A DNA stretch of 64,000 nucleotides, from positions 736,001 through 800,000 of the forward strand of contig CBDBCZ010000016.1 in assembly GCA_965203295.1 (NCBI GenBank). The letters run 5' to 3'. The translations under genes were made by a program, and so were the position numbers. Under the pieces are notes generated by a model that had not been told where the DNA came from, did not search any database, and saw nothing but the letters and a program-made list of their open reading frames with translations. Origin of the DNA: Nitrospirales bacterium (GTDB taxonomy: Bacteria > Nitrospirota > Nitrospiria > Nitrospirales > UBA8639). This document shows positions 24,958-37,458 of the stretch, piece by piece; the stretch's first letter is position 1; the number at the start of each line of letters is the position of its first letter.

Positions 24958-25133
24958 TATATGATTATTCACAGCTAGTACCTGGGTTGATAGCATGCAG
25001 GCAGGGAAAATGATTGGTTTACTGAAACAATGGGCAATTCTAGTGAATGAGTACCAGGATCAAATCGGAGAATGGCACCTCAGGGGCGTGGCGGCACTAG
25101 CGGAAGTCATGTGACCTAACCCTAAGCCTTCCG
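24958..25133. repeat. ~175-bp direct repeat, copy 1 (copy 2 at ~30579-30754)
   Basis: TATATGATTATTCACAGCT.GTACCTGGG...GGAAGTCATGTGACCT.ACCCT.AGCCTTCC near-identical at both loci. Confidence 0.85.
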
Positions 25134-25283
25134 ACTTGACATGATGCCACTTTAACTTGATTTGCAGTTTTACGGGGCCTGACTGACCCCCAAATTTTTT
25201 TCTAAATGCAATAAAAATCATGTAGTTTAAAATTATGCGCATGCACGAGGAACCTTGAGGAGAGGAGTCTCAGTGAGGGGGAG

Positions 25284-26465
25284 GAGTCTCGTGCCCAGAC
25301 GGTCACTCCTCCCCCTCACTGAAACGGTCTGGCGACTCAAGTCCAAAAGGTCGTTTCAATGGTTACGATGTGTGCAGAGTAATGAGTGGTTTAATTGCAG
25401 TTAGTGAAGTAGTTTAGGCTTCAAATCTGTATAAGAACTAGCCTCGTGCCCAGGCTCATTGCGTGGGGGAAAGTTGAGCCTGGTACACACTGTTCGCGCA
25501 TGCGCAAGAATTTACGAAAAAGAGTCAGTAAACGTATCCGTGAATGACCTCAGCCACGTGGTAAGGAGTAGTACGAAGCAGCATGCATGTATAGTAAGCG
25601 GAAGAACTAGAAACTAGCTCATTCTGCCTTTTCGAACCTCAGAAAGCTTTAAAACCAGTTTAAAAATAGCAATAAGACCGGTACCTTTCTATCCGCTAGG
25701 ATTATGGTATATGTCTTACCGCCAAAATTCGGAAGCGCCTCCATTTTTGTAGTGGCTCGATTTTCGATCGCAGATCTGGTCTTCTAAGCCTTTCAGAAGC
25801 AAACGGGATCGAAGAATCAAACTAGCAATCACTCTCTAGGCATCTACAAAGCTTAAAAATGCTCCCAGGCGCATATAACTCGCCAACTACTCTAGTGCAA
25901 CGGACGGTGATATGATGATAAACGGATAATATTACGCTGTAGTATCCACTAGTTTCCAAGCCCCCAGAAATCCTGGGGGAACTGAGCATGCGCAAACAGT
26001 GAGTACCAGGCTCAACTTTCCTCCCACGCAATGAGCCTGGGCACGAGGCTATATAAGAACTTACTCCTGTCTCTACAAGGATCGTTTGTACGCCAATCTT
26101 GTCTGAAAACTAGCCACAGTACTGTACAGAATGGCAACATGAACAAGGTACGGTAACTTGCCGTTCAAAGCTACTACCACAAGTTGCTTCTTTCGTAAGC
26201 CCTGCTTTTGACGACATTATGGTTATCTAGCCTTCCAACCTGCATAAAGAACAGTATCGATAGCCAGCTGATTCAAACGGCTGTCTAACTCTGCCCAAAA
26301 CAGCCAACATCGCTTTTTCTTCAACCGTATTAGCATTCTTTTGTGTAATAATACTGCAATCTCATTGGATCTGCCTGGAATGCTAGCGGGCGAAACTACC
26401 TTTTGGACTTCGGTCACCAGGCAGTTTCAGTAAGGGGGCGGAGTGACGGTCTGGGCATGAGACTA
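25284..26465. mobile_element. AcademH-type non-autonomous element with ~73-bp TIRs
   Basis: AGTCTCGTGCCCAGACGGTCACTCC...AAGTCCAAAAGG mirrored at 26390-26465. Left end rearranged; TSD not seen. Confidence 0.7.
25439..26051. mobile_element. AcademH-type MITE nested in the previous element
   Basis: TIRs TAGCCTCGTGCCCAGGCTCATTGCGTGGG... at both ends. Perfect 9-bp TSD TATAAGAAC. Confidence 0.9.
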
Positions 26466-26480
26466 GGCAGGGAGGGCATA

Positions 26481-27160
26481 GAGGTCTGGGTATGAGAGTG
26501 GAGGTCTGGGTATGAGAGTGGAGGTCTGGGTATGAGAGTGGAGGTCTGGGTATGAGAGTGGAGGTCTGGGTATGAGAGTGGAGGTCTGGGTATGAGAATG
26601 GAGGTCTGGGTATGAGACTGGAGGTCTGGGTATGAGAGTGGAGGTCTGGGTATGAGAGTGGAGGTCTGGGTATGAGAATGAAGGTCTGGGTATGAGAGTG
26701 GAGGTCTGAGTATGAGAATGGAGGTCTGGGTATGAGACTGGAGGTCTGGGTATGAGGGTGGAGGTCTGGGTATGAGAGTGGAGGTCTGGGTATGAGAATG
26801 AAGGTCTGGGTATGAGAGTGGAGGTCTGAGTATGAGAGTGGAGGTCTGGGTATGAGACTGGAGGTCTGGGTATGAGAATGGAGGTCTGGGTATGAGACTG
26901 GAGGTCTGGGTATGAGAGTGGAGGTCTGGGTATGAGACTGGAGGTCTGGGTATGAGACTTGAGGTCTGGGTATGAGAGTGGAGGTCTGGGTATGAGAGTG
27001 GAGGTCTGGGTATGAGAGTGGAGGTCTGGGTATGAGGGTGGAGGTCTGGGTATGAGACTGGAGGTCTGGGTATGAGAGTGGAGGTCTGGGTATGAGGGTG
27101 GAGGTCTGGGTATGAGAGTGGAGGTCTGGGTATGAGAGTGGAGGTCTGGGTATGAGACTA
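26481..27160. repeat. 20-bp minisatellite, 34 units (GAGGTCTGGGTATGAGAGTG)
   Basis: 680 bp of head-to-tail units varying mainly in the last 4 nt. Last unit ends ...GGTCTGGGTATGAGACTA, like an element terminus. Confidence 0.95.
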
Positions 27161-28688
27161 CTGCATTTTCCCATGCAGCAGAGCTGGCTATCCAGTGAGC
27201 CGTGCAGCCACTATTGCTGCAGCAGCCGTGAGGCACTCCAGTAGTGCGGTGGCAGAGACCAAGCACAGCGGATCTCAGATTGGAGCAGCCCCTAATAATG
27301 TGAGTCTGCAAGAGATGTGCATCTGAGATGTACAGCTTATAGAGTAAAGCCCACTGCACTAATTGGCGGGTGAGTGATTAATTATGCTCTTCTGAAAGGA
27401 GGTGATCATTTCTTGAACCAAACCAATTAACTAGTTGCGGTTCTGGTTTGCTGTAGCAAGGTTTATGAAAGCTGCTGTAACCTAGTGAGATGGTTTAATA
27501 CAATTAACATGGCAGTCCATGAACGGTAATTAACCTGCATTGTTTCTCCTTCGATAAATACTGCCATGAAGTCATAGAAATACTTAATTAGATTCTGGAT
27601 CCAAAAAAAATCCAAAGCTGTACATGTCATGTAGGAGTGGTAACTGTAAAATGATTCCAGTTCCCACCTTGTTTGGTTAGTTTTTTCCAACCATGCTGTG
27701 TATGTGGAATTTGTTATGTGGGATGACGAGATGTCACAATAGACCCTTTACCATATGATGTAAAAGGAGACACTAAATGGAGACAATACATGAAAACATG
27801 CAATTTTTTTGTGTTTTCATGTAAAATTTAAACAAAATCATGTAAATTTTCCATTTAGTGCCTACTTTTACCCCTCATTACATCATAATGGTAAACGGTC
27901 TGTGGACTTGTGTTTTTGAAAGCGCTTTCGTGAATCATCTCACTTGCAAATAGATTAAATTTGCTCTGGGTTGAAGATAGCATTTCATAGTGGGGAAATT
28001 TCTCATTGCATATGTAGTTGGTTTGGGGGGGAATCAGGGTGTTTCCCTTAAAAGTGATAGTTTTAGTGACCAGTACACTCTGTAGTGTATATGAGGGAGA
28101 CAAGAGTTGTCTACACTGTGAGCAGCTGGTACCATTTATTGCTGCTGAACATGGCAGATGTTGGATTGAGGTGATGGGAGGATGAGTGGTATTGAGGCAC
28201 GTTCCTAATGTGGTTATTGACAAAAGGCAACGATGGCAAAACTCCCGAACAATCTTCGATCTCCGTGAATCAAGCATTTTCTACCTAGTGTCACAAAGAT
28301 GCGTGATTGCCTGCCCCCTCCAGTATCACTTATCCCATTAGGACTTATACACGGTACTTCAATGAGTGACTGAGTGAATCTTTTTCTTATGACACTGGTT
28401 AGAGTCTGGTTACATGCATGTATGTGAGACTATGGTTCAACTTCAGTGGCACTTCTAGCCGGAAGCTGTCTGGGCTGTTCCCCATCTTATGATGTTTTAG
28501 AGGGGAGAGCCTGGGGATGAGGCGATGCACATCATGCAGTAGTGCAAACTGGTTTTGTTCGAAGGGCTCACGCATGATCCAACCATGGAAATGTGACTTC
28601 ATACACTGTTTGGCATGTGGGAAAGCAGTGGTCTGGGTACGAGACTGAAGGGAAATTTGGTTCCAGCATCTAGTAGCTGAATAAACTA

Positions 28689-28965
28689 TAGTCTCGTGCC
28701 CGGCCCCACGTAGAAAGGTGGGTCTGGCTCCCCGTGTATTCAAAGTTGTGTTAGCGTTACATCATATTACATCACCAAACGGATAGTGTCCACGTGGCCA
28801 CTAGTATGGATATCCGGATACTGCAACCGTTTAGTGATGTAGTACTATAAATCAACCAATCACATTGCCGGTCCAGATCTGGGACCGCTGACATAATGCT
28901 GCCCCAACTGTGAATATATGGGGAGCCAGACCCACCCTTCTAACGTGGATCTGGGCACGAGACCA
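28689..28965. mobile_element. AcademH-type MITE
   Basis: TAGTCTCGTGCCC...GGTCTGGCTCCCC mirrored by GGGGAGCCAGACC...GGGCACGAGACCA. Flanks AATAAACTA / AATAAAAAAACTA (TSD with A-run slippage). Confidence 0.75.
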
Positions 28966-29115
28966 AATAAAAAAACTACAGCCCTATGTAATTGCTAGCT
29001 CTGCCTAGCTAGACTGTGACTGTGGTCTCATACCCAGCCATCCATGCTCCAGACAGCTTCTTGTGATGATGTTCGTGTGCCCTAATTACCTAACTAGGTG
29101 AATGCAGAGCATTGT

Positions 29116-30047
29116 GGGGCGAGCGTGAGCGAGTACATGTACATATTGCATGAAGATGCTATTATAGTAGAGCACAATAAGAAGTGTAGACCATTACAGC
29201 AAAGTATGCATGGAACTTCAACATTTTGTTTGAACTGAATGTTCCCTGCAGCTCTCTCAATGATGGTCTGTCCTGTTACAGGCTAGCCTCCGTTTGCTCC
29301 AGAGTCTCAATTACCAGATGGTGCTGTCTATCACATTGCTGCTTGGTTTCTGCTGCTCCACATTCTCGTGTCTCCCTACATGTATGATGCTCTCTGTCGC
29401 ACTGCAGCCTATAGCCTCCATTTGCTCAACAGTCTGAGTACAGCATTGCTTCCCTTTGTGCTGCTGTCTCAGAAGCACGGTGCGAGTTCTCTCTCTTTCT
29501 GTCGTCAGTTTTGAAGCTTCTTTCAGGCAGTGCTCTATGGCTAATATGCAGGCTGAGTGTAGGCAGAAATAGTCCGTGGTCTCTCTGCAAACCTTGCTTT
29601 CTTTTGTATGGCAGTCTCAGAATAGTCTTAGGTACTCTCGGGAACCAGACCCTTAGAAGCACAGCGCGGGACTTCTCAGTTGCCGACTGACGTCGTAGTT
29701 TTCGAAGCCTCTCTTCTCTCGTGCTGCTCCAGAATACAAACCTTGCTTTCCTCTGTATGGCAGTCTCAGAATAGTCTTGGGAACCAATTGCAGTGAAACG
29801 GACCCTCACGGAAGCGCAGCGCGGGACCTCTCTCGTTCTTGCCGACCGGCGTTGTCGTTTTCGCAGACACAGACGCCATGAAGTGCATACACGTGTTTGT
29901 GAAATATTTGAGGGTATGCTGTTAAAATTGGTGTGGGAGCGCATTTGCGCATTTACGGTATGTAGGACCATGCATCCGCCGTACGCACGGACGGACAAAA
30001 TCACCATTCACAGCACTAAGGGGGGGCTCGCTCACGCTCGCCCCAAT
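29116..30047 (-). mobile_element. Helitron/Helentron-like remnant with short inverted ends
   Basis: GGGGCGAGCGTGAGCGAG ... CTCGCTCACGCTCGCCCC inverted pair. Internal decayed ETAIQRKAR / ETAAQREAML repeats resemble the N-terminal repeats of Helitron RepHel proteins. Confidence 0.5.
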
Positions 30048-30245
30048 TACCTATTGACATGAAAACCCACAAGTGCTTTGTGCAAATGCTGGTATATAAA
30101 CTGGGACAGTAAATGTAATATCCGATTCTAATTATAGTCACATTCCATGGTTTGTAAATTTTTGGGGGGCTTCAAATCATTCCGAAGCCTGTACATGTAC
30201 ATGACTGTATAGCTACTGACCAATATTATACATGTACTTGCTTTT

Positions 30246-30301
30246 TAGTCTCGTGCCCAGACACCCACACCGTTCCGGCGAAAGGTCTGGGCACAAAACT
30301 A
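30246..30301. mobile_element. 56-bp AcademH-type micro-MITE
   Basis: TAGTCTCGTGCCCAGAC...GTCTGGGCACAAAACTA with perfect 9-bp TSD CTTGCTTTT. Confidence 0.85.
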
Positions 30302-31003
30302 CTTGCTTTTAGAAATGCTATCCAAAAATCATAATCTCTGATATTTGAAGCCAGTGGTTGTTTGTAACTTGATTGCCAACCAGTAGATGGTGTCTTTGAT
30401 AGTTAACTGCTTGCAAATATCAGAACCGAGAAGATGATCTGCACATGGGGTTGAAATATTACCCCACACTTGTGACAGGTAGCAGCGATGAAAGGACAGT
30501 TGGAGGTGGCATGGTTGGGCTTTACACGTCAGTAACGCGGCTGACTTGCTGTGTGTGTGTGTGTGTGTGTGTAGGAAGTATATGATTATTCACAGCTGGT
30601 ACCTGGGTTTATAGCATGCAGGCAGGGAAAATGATTGGTGTACTGAAACAATGGGCAATTCTAGTGAATGAGTACCAGGATCAAATCGGAGAATGGCACC
30701 TCAGGGGCGTGGCAGCGCTAGCGGAAGTCATGTGACCTCACCCTGAGCCTTCCACCCTAAGCCTTCACCCTTACGTGGCATGGGGTGAAAATGTGCTCTC
30801 CACATCTTGCAATGGGCACTGTATCTGATCACTCAGGCTCCGCCTAATGCTCTCAGAGTGAATTGTGATCATTGGTATTAATTACATTCTGGGTGAATGA
30901 ATATCTGTACTGAATGTACCAAACCCACAAGTGAATTGCTCACAGTGGGGCTATAAAAGCAGCTCTGGCTGGAGAGTAAGGTGACCACATTTGTGTGACC
31001 ATG

Positions 31004-31430
31004 CAGGGTTTCATACAGGATTTTTGGCTGGGGGTGGGAAACTTTTTTGGAAAAGCAAATGTCCTTGTAGGGGTGTGTGGGGATATTCTGGCCAGGGCTC
31101 ATTATCATTGGACACGTCATGCTAGGGGGGGTCTGGGGGCATCCCCCCCAGGAAAATTTTTGAAATTTAGACCCTCTGAGATCACTTCTGGTGCATTTTC
31201 CTTCCCCTAAATGAACCCCTGGTATTGCCCTCTAGGAAATTAGTACAAAACAACTGCCCTGAGATTGTTTTTTGGCAGTTTACATGTACTGTGTATGTAA
31301 TACCCCAAGTCTGTGTTAAAACCACAATTTCAACATGTTAACAGTTCAAAATCTTGGGGGGGGGGGGGGGGGGGGGGGGAAATCCCAGGGTGCCCCCCCC
31401 ACCCCCCCCCCCCCTCTGTATGAAACCCTG
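31004..31430. mobile_element. hAT-type MITEs (CAGGGTTTCAT ends, poly-G/poly-C tracts)
   Basis: CAGGGTTTCATACAGG at 31004 paired with ATGAACCCCTG at 31221; a second end GTATGAAACCCTG at 31430. The same terminus occurs on the hAT at 62635. TSDs not seen. Confidence 0.55.
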
Positions 31431-32103
31431 CTGCATGATTGCTGGCAGCAATAGAATTTTTGGGTGCCCATATTTAATTGTATGGGCTTTATATGAAAAC
31501 ATGAATGAATGATCCGGTTCTGGTAAAGGTACACACCCCATCACACCGCTGTGGTGTTTCTGGATGTGTTTCTGAGACCATTCCGTGCTCCTAAGTCTAT
31601 CCCTGGTGCTGGTATATACACTACAGTATTTCCAGTAACACAGAACACTGGTGTACTTTCCTCATAATTACATTATAAGTACGTCACAACTTTGTTTGGA
31701 CCACGATTTGGAGGTACATTTTGTGTGAATATTTCTGTACATAGTGATTAACCTGTATCTCGCAAAGGGGGAATTTACAACACTCAAACCAGGCATGCAT
31801 GCTCACATGCATTCTAGGATGGATAATTGGGTTTGGCGGCAGCACACCTGCATTCCCCCCATCCCCAATCACCCTGGGTCCCATTGACCAAGGGGGCCTC
31901 ACTAATCAAACTGGCCCTCCTTGGTCCCTGACCCTTTGGGGGGCGAGGTGTGGGGGGCCCTGGACCCCACCCCTGGCCCAAGACGCAGTCGCCCCCCAAG
32001 CCCTAGAACATACCGCCCCAAGCCCCATGCGCTCCTCATTCAACCATGTCGTAAATGAGCCCAAAAACAGAATGAATGGCGACAACAACAAATACTGAAA
32101 GCA

Positions 32104-33089
32104 TCAAGGCCCCCTGTAGGATGCCAAGGTGCGACTAATGTTAGCCAGCTGTGACTGGGGCAGGCGAATGTACAGTTGGTAGGCTTCACTCTTCCACCTT
32201 CCCAGGGTTTTAATGGTGGCAATGGGTACTCCACAAGCAGCCGCTGTAGTAGCCGCCCCAATCAGAAAGCTGTGGCCTGCAAACTGTTCCGGCTGCAGCC
32301 CCGCCTCTGCCAGCACCTTGCGGATTGCTGCCACCAATCTCTGCCGGGTCAGAGGCTGCTTGTCCTGGAAGCGAAAGAGGGGGCCTTCACCTGGCCCACG
32401 CAATGCCATGTACGCTAACATGGCTGCTACTGGACAGAGTGCCGTATCTGTTTTCCCCATGAAAATTGTTGTGCCTTGTCTGAAAGGGTCGGTCTTTGAT
32501 TGCTTGATGCAGACCGCCAACAGACTCAGTCGGGTGCTACTGTACACAGATACATCTGCAAATGTCAGGTGCTGTCCTGCATCAAACTGGCCGTCAGCTG
32601 GGGCTACTAGCTCACCCGACCGCATAAACCCCAAAACCCCTGGCAGCAAGCTGCCCAAAGCATGACAGTCCCAGCTGGAAGCTTGTCTTCCCCACACTTG
32701 ACGCATCTTTAGGAGGATGGGTGGGGTAATTGGGAGCCGAATCGACTTAGGGGAGCCTGCCTGTTCCTTTTTGGTCCCTCGCACCGTTAGCTCCAGCTGA
32801 GGCATGCTGCCAATTTTCGGGTCACCACCTCCACACGCAATTTGGAGGTGGCGGATTGCTGACAAATAGTCTTAATTGTCGTATGCTTCAATCCCTGTTC
32901 GACCGCAAAGGCCACAAAGCCCACCAAACCCCTTTCGGTCACAGGTAGAGGAGGCACCCCAAATTGACTGCAGAATGCTAGGTACTTCTTCTGACCCGAC
33001 GCATACACCCGTTGTGTGGATCCTGCTAAACCCGTGTGAAACAGTCGTTGACTCGTCGGGCCCACCGAGGTGACGTCCAATCGGGGCAC
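32104..33089 (-). pseudogene. Tyrosine recombinase of the YR retrotransposon (frameshifted)
   Basis: GFMRSGEL, KQSKTDPFRQG, CPVAAM, GHSFLIGAATTAA (HSFRIG with R>L), LGRWKSEAYQLYIR. The N-terminal part lies in another frame (32787-33089). Confidence 0.9.
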
Positions 33090-33637
33090 TCTCGCACCAG
33101 CAGGTCCAGCAATTCATGCGGAAGGGGGGTGGGAGCCCGTGCTACCTCCGGAACCACCTGAAAGAAATGCGGTAGGTCATTACGTGGCAAAGCATCAGCT
33201 GCCCTATTCGAGATCCCTGCGATATGTACCGCCCTGATCCTGATTTGGAAAAATGCCACCAAAAAGAACAAGCACCGCAACATATGCATCATTGTGGTTT
33301 CCCGTGAGTAGCCAGAAATCACCACTGCCACTACAGCCATGTTATCGCAGTGGCACACTATCTGACGGCCCCTCCATTGAGGGCCCCACACCGCCACTGC
33401 CAGCAAGATAGGCAGCAGCTCTTTCGGGGCAATCAACCTGCCACTGGAGTACACCAGTGCTACTGAAACCACCTGGTTTCCCAGAGTGCCCCACACCCCC
33501 AAGAGCCTGAGGCATCTGATTCTAGTGCAATAGCGGGCTTGGAGAGACATAGCATGAGGCACACACCATTCCACTCCTCCATATACTGCAGCCACCACCT
33601 TAGATCCGAACGGGCCGATGAGTTGAGGCGGATCCAA
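33026..33637 (-). pseudogene. RNase H portion of DIRS/Ngaro pol (RT missing)
   Basis: IAPKELLPILLAVAVWG...HCDNMAVV...HIAGISNRAADALPRN. Confidence 0.85.
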
Positions 33638-33739
33638 CGGCCAGATTTTCGGTTATAACAGTCAACCTACATGTATTGCATGACTTGAAACCCAAACACT
33701 ACCTAATATGTCTGGCTAGGGTGTTGCCAACTACCCTTT

Positions 33740-35514
33740 CTAGTTCTGGCCGGGATAAGGCTTCCGTGGATAAGGGCACATTGCCATCGTGTGGGAGTTG
33801 AGAGCACCGCAGTTCGAACAGCGGTGGATGAACTGGAAAGCTTTGCCATATGGGCAGCCACCAGGGGTGGTGTTGAACCATTTACACACGCCTGACTTCT
33901 TGGCCTTTTTTGGGGTAGGCTGTCCATTGGCTGGGCCCTTCCCCTTGTCGAGAACGGATACCTCCAGGGGCCTGTTGCTTGGACCTGGTAATTGGACTGG
34001 TGGGGTAGGTGTTTGCGCCTGGGATCCTCCCGCCATCTCGAATGGATCAGGCCCTCCGCTAGGGTCTGGGAGGCAGGAGATGTACTGCCATGAATTCACT
34101 GCTTTCCAGGTCTTGTCTTCAGAGGCTGCCACCTCCATGCGATATTGGGCATCATACTCTAGCCACGCTTTTGATCGTGGGGCCTTTTTGTGCAGTTTAT
34201 ACACGGTGTGGAGGTGTGCCACCATGATTGGAACTATTTCTGTTCTCGCTGAAGCCATCACCGCAATGTAGAGGGTAAAACACCTTTTCCAGGTCCCAAT
34301 ATCCAGCACCCGTTGTAATGACTTCTGCTGCTGAATTGCCTGAAATTGGTCCAGCGCCCCCACGAGACTGTCTTGGAGTGAGGTGTTTGGTTTCCTTTGT
34401 TCCGCCAAGCGGAGTGACCGTGGAGTAGGAAGAAACTCCTCCATCTCCACAAACTCTAAACTGCGAGCCTTCTCCATGAGTTTCCTTGGGAGTGGAGGCA
34501 AGCCCTTTGCAATCAGGAGGCGGGCCGGCTTTGACTCTCCCTTCGTCTGATCTACCGCCGACTTTAGCAGCGGCCGAATTGCAGCAAAAGGATTAATGGC
34601 TGACCCACCCGCCGGCTGTGTTCCCGGGGCAGAGGTTGAAATGGCCGGGAGCCCCAGGCTCTGGAGCACCTCAGCCGACGGCATAGCGCCTAGCTCGATT
34701 CCACCTACAGGAGGAGTCAGGTGTGATCCCTGGACAGCAGGCCCCACCGCACTGCCCGTTGCCGGGCTATTCGGTCCCTATCCCCACCTCCACCTAACCC
34801 TACCAGTGGCCTTCGAGAAGGCGCTCTGGTCGGCCAGTGCCCGAGTGAGCTGCCTGTTGGTAACCAGACCCTTTCTCACAACTGACTGCCCCCGGTGCCC
34901 TGACCATTGTTGTCGACCCCCTGCACCCCCGACCTGAGTACGCCTTGGAGCCCTAGGTCCGAGTGAACCCCCTGCTCCATCCGTCTGAATGCCCCCGGTG
35001 CCCTGGCCATTGTTGGTGACCCCCTGCACCCCCGTCCTGACTCAGCCTTGGAGCCCTAGGTCCGAGTGAACCCCCTGCTCCATCCGTCTGAACGCCTCTG
35101 GTTCCCTGGCCATTGTTGGTGACCTCCTGCACCCCTACCCTGTATACGCCAAGAGCCCTAGGTTCGAGTGAACCCCCTGCTCTATCCGTCCACCTTGCCC
35201 CTGGTGCCCTGGCCACTGTTGGTGACCCCTGCACCCTCACCCCGTATACCTCTTGGAGCTCTAGGTGATAGCCACTGCACTCCACCGCCTGGAGCCCTGA
35301 GCCTCTGTAACCTCCTGCGCTGTAATCAAGACAACTCACCGGGACGGGTGTCACCCGAGCTTCCGTCGCCCGCATCAACAGGGTTCGTGACCGTGGCCTC
35401 GGATTGAGCCTTCATGGCCGCCGCTATCGACTTCACTAACTCGGGAACATCTGCCCACGTCAGCGGGGCGGTGGGAGTAGGGGGTGTGCCATCCTCACTA
35501 GGTGGGGTTGCCAT
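33740..35514 (-). CDS. Gag-like protein of the YR retrotransposon, predicted two exons (35514-35340 and 34704-33740)
   Basis: WLEYDAQYR motif and C-terminal CKWFN...CPYG...HRCSNCG..H....CP zinc finger. Donor G|GTGAGT at 35339 and CTGACTCCTCCTGTAG| acceptor at 34705 are both phase 1 and join in frame. Confidence 0.7.
34888..35290. repeat. ~103-bp tandem repeat x4 inside the predicted gag intron
   Basis: GCCCCCGGTGCCCTG-like unit starts at 34888, 34991, 35094 and 35197. Confidence 0.8.
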
Positions 35515-37088
35515 TTGGTAGGCGCAGAGACAGGATTCAAAAGAAAGATTACAGTAGCTCCAAAAGGTTTAGTACTCAAGCACGAGGCAAAGGGACGAAA
35601 CACGCATGCGCGACTTACCAGACCTGACTCCTCCCCCAAGGGTATTCCCCTTGCTCACACGTTAACTCAGTTTAACTGCTTTAAACTCCCTCGTTGGAGC
35701 CTGGTCTCAGTTGCCTCTGGGGTCTTCTGGTACGTACGTTATCTTCTAGCAATTTTTGAGTTCTTAGATCCTCAGATCCTACCTTGCCATCAGTTAGTCA
35801 TCAAAAAATCTTGACTTGGATGCACGTGCGTGTCAGTTCACAAGTGTAGGGTCTCCTGGTTTCTGCAGGTCTCCAATGGTCTCTATGATTTTCCAGTGCA
35901 CGGTGTCTGCTGGTTTCCAGTGTGTCCTGTAGCATTATTCCATTTCTGCTGGGACAGGGAATCTAATTAACCCTCGGCACGTGAGCGTGTGCGAGGGTTA
36001 CGTCAATCCATCGCGCAGGGAATGTTGATTAACTCTCAAGTAAAGCGCCGAGGGTTCTGAACACACAGTGTTCTTGTTTCTGATTGTAGTCGCCCACCAT
36101 GGTTTTGTGAAATTTTTTTTTTGGGGGGGGGGGGGGGGGGCATTCTGAAGCCTATAGGGTAATTCCATGCCAAATCAACACAAAAAATGACGACCCCCTC
36201 AGATATCCACAAAACTTGGTACATATGTACCGTATGTGAAGTTATTAATCCACAGTGATTATTAGCTTCATACATGATATGGCTTCTGTGTCACAACCAG
36301 CCAAAAACTAAATTTTTCGGCAAATTTTCGGCTACCTGTTTCTACACAATTGACCATAACTATTACTACAAGTGTCTGTGCAAGATAAAATTGCGCCATC
36401 TTGTACCTTAGTAGATACCCTTTCAGCTGATATATTGCAAGTGATAATTTGATTATGTTGAGGTCAAAGGTCATGGTTTATATACTTGACCTTTGCCCCC
36501 TTGAAAAATCTATTCTTCAATTCTTCAAAATATTTGTCCAAATGTTCTCTATATCTTCTTGTTGAGATGGTATTATTTTAATTTTGGGACTGCCATGGGA
36601 TTAGGAGATAAAGAGAGTAGCGTAATAGCCATTGATGTGTTTGTGGTTGTCATAATTAAATTTCTTTATTTGGATATAAAGGTTATTATAATAAGGTTGT
36701 TATGATTGATATCATCCATACACGTGGCTCAGCTGATGGAATAACAGTAGCTAAGAGAAGAATCGCCAGCCTGCTTGCAATAGCAGTCGAAAGTTTGTAA
36801 TATAAGATAACGGGCTCTTCCCGTCTTATGTTTTAGAGGGGAGAGCCTGGGGACGAGGCGAAGCACATCATGCAGTAGTGCTAACCTGGAGTAGTTCATT
36901 GAAGGACTCATGCAATGTTTCAACCATGAGGTCAAGAAATTTGAATAGAGTCCCTGTTTGATTGAATTCTTGTGCCTTAATTATTCTGGACAAGGAAACC
37001 CACAAGTGTTTTGAGCAAGTGCTGCTATATAAACTGGGACAGTGCATATAGAATCTGCCTATTATTATATTATTACACAGCAAAAAGT

Positions 37089-37458
37089 TAGCCTCGTTCC
37101 CAGGCCCGCACCATTTTCGGGTACACGAAAGATGTCACAGGGCCTGGGATCTAAAGTCACGTGCAGGAGGCAAAGAGTAGAAAGGTAGTAGAAAGGTAAT
37201 TATGAGCGTGGGCGAGTACGCGTGCAATTTTCAGACAACGAGCGACGATAGCGAGTCTACACTTCTTGTAGCCTTTCTTTAAAGCCCGTTTGTGCCATAG
37301 ACTTACCGCTGAAAAAAAAAGTCTCCGGTTAAATGTAGAGAAACGCAGCCGTCTTTCGAAGTGGATTATGACGTAAGTTAATCGCGTGACTTTAGTTACC
37401 AGGCCCTGTGACTTTCCTTCGTCCAACCGAAAAAGTCGCGGGCCTGGGAACGAGGCTA
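37089..37458. mobile_element. AcademH-type MITE
   Basis: TAGCCTCGTTCCCAGGCCCGC / GCGGGCCTGGGAACGAGGCTA. Perfect 9-bp TSD GCAAAAAGT. Confidence 0.9.

Larger units (their letters stand above)
31790..35660 (-). mobile_element. Tyrosine-recombinase retrotransposon (DIRS/Ngaro-like), RT domain deleted; boundaries approximate
   Basis: Order is gag, RNase H, YR. GC-rich relative to flanks. No YxDD-containing RT between gag and RNase H (only ~100 bp there). Terminal repeats not resolved. Confidence 0.85.

Noticed and set aside
26383..27359. Long ORFs (263 and 298 aa) and a CRISPR-like look of the 20-bp array
   Set aside because: The ORFs are translations of a stop-free minisatellite. Units are contiguous with no unique spacers, and there are no cas genes.
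24958..30754. The 175-bp direct repeats as LTRs of a retrotransposon
   Set aside because: No TG...CA ends, primer-binding site, polypurine tract or pol between them; better explained by the larger tandem duplication.
31660..35700. Split direct repeats or inverted terminal repeats of the YR element
   Set aside because: I could not identify matching repeats by eye, so DIRS versus Ngaro is not settled from structure.
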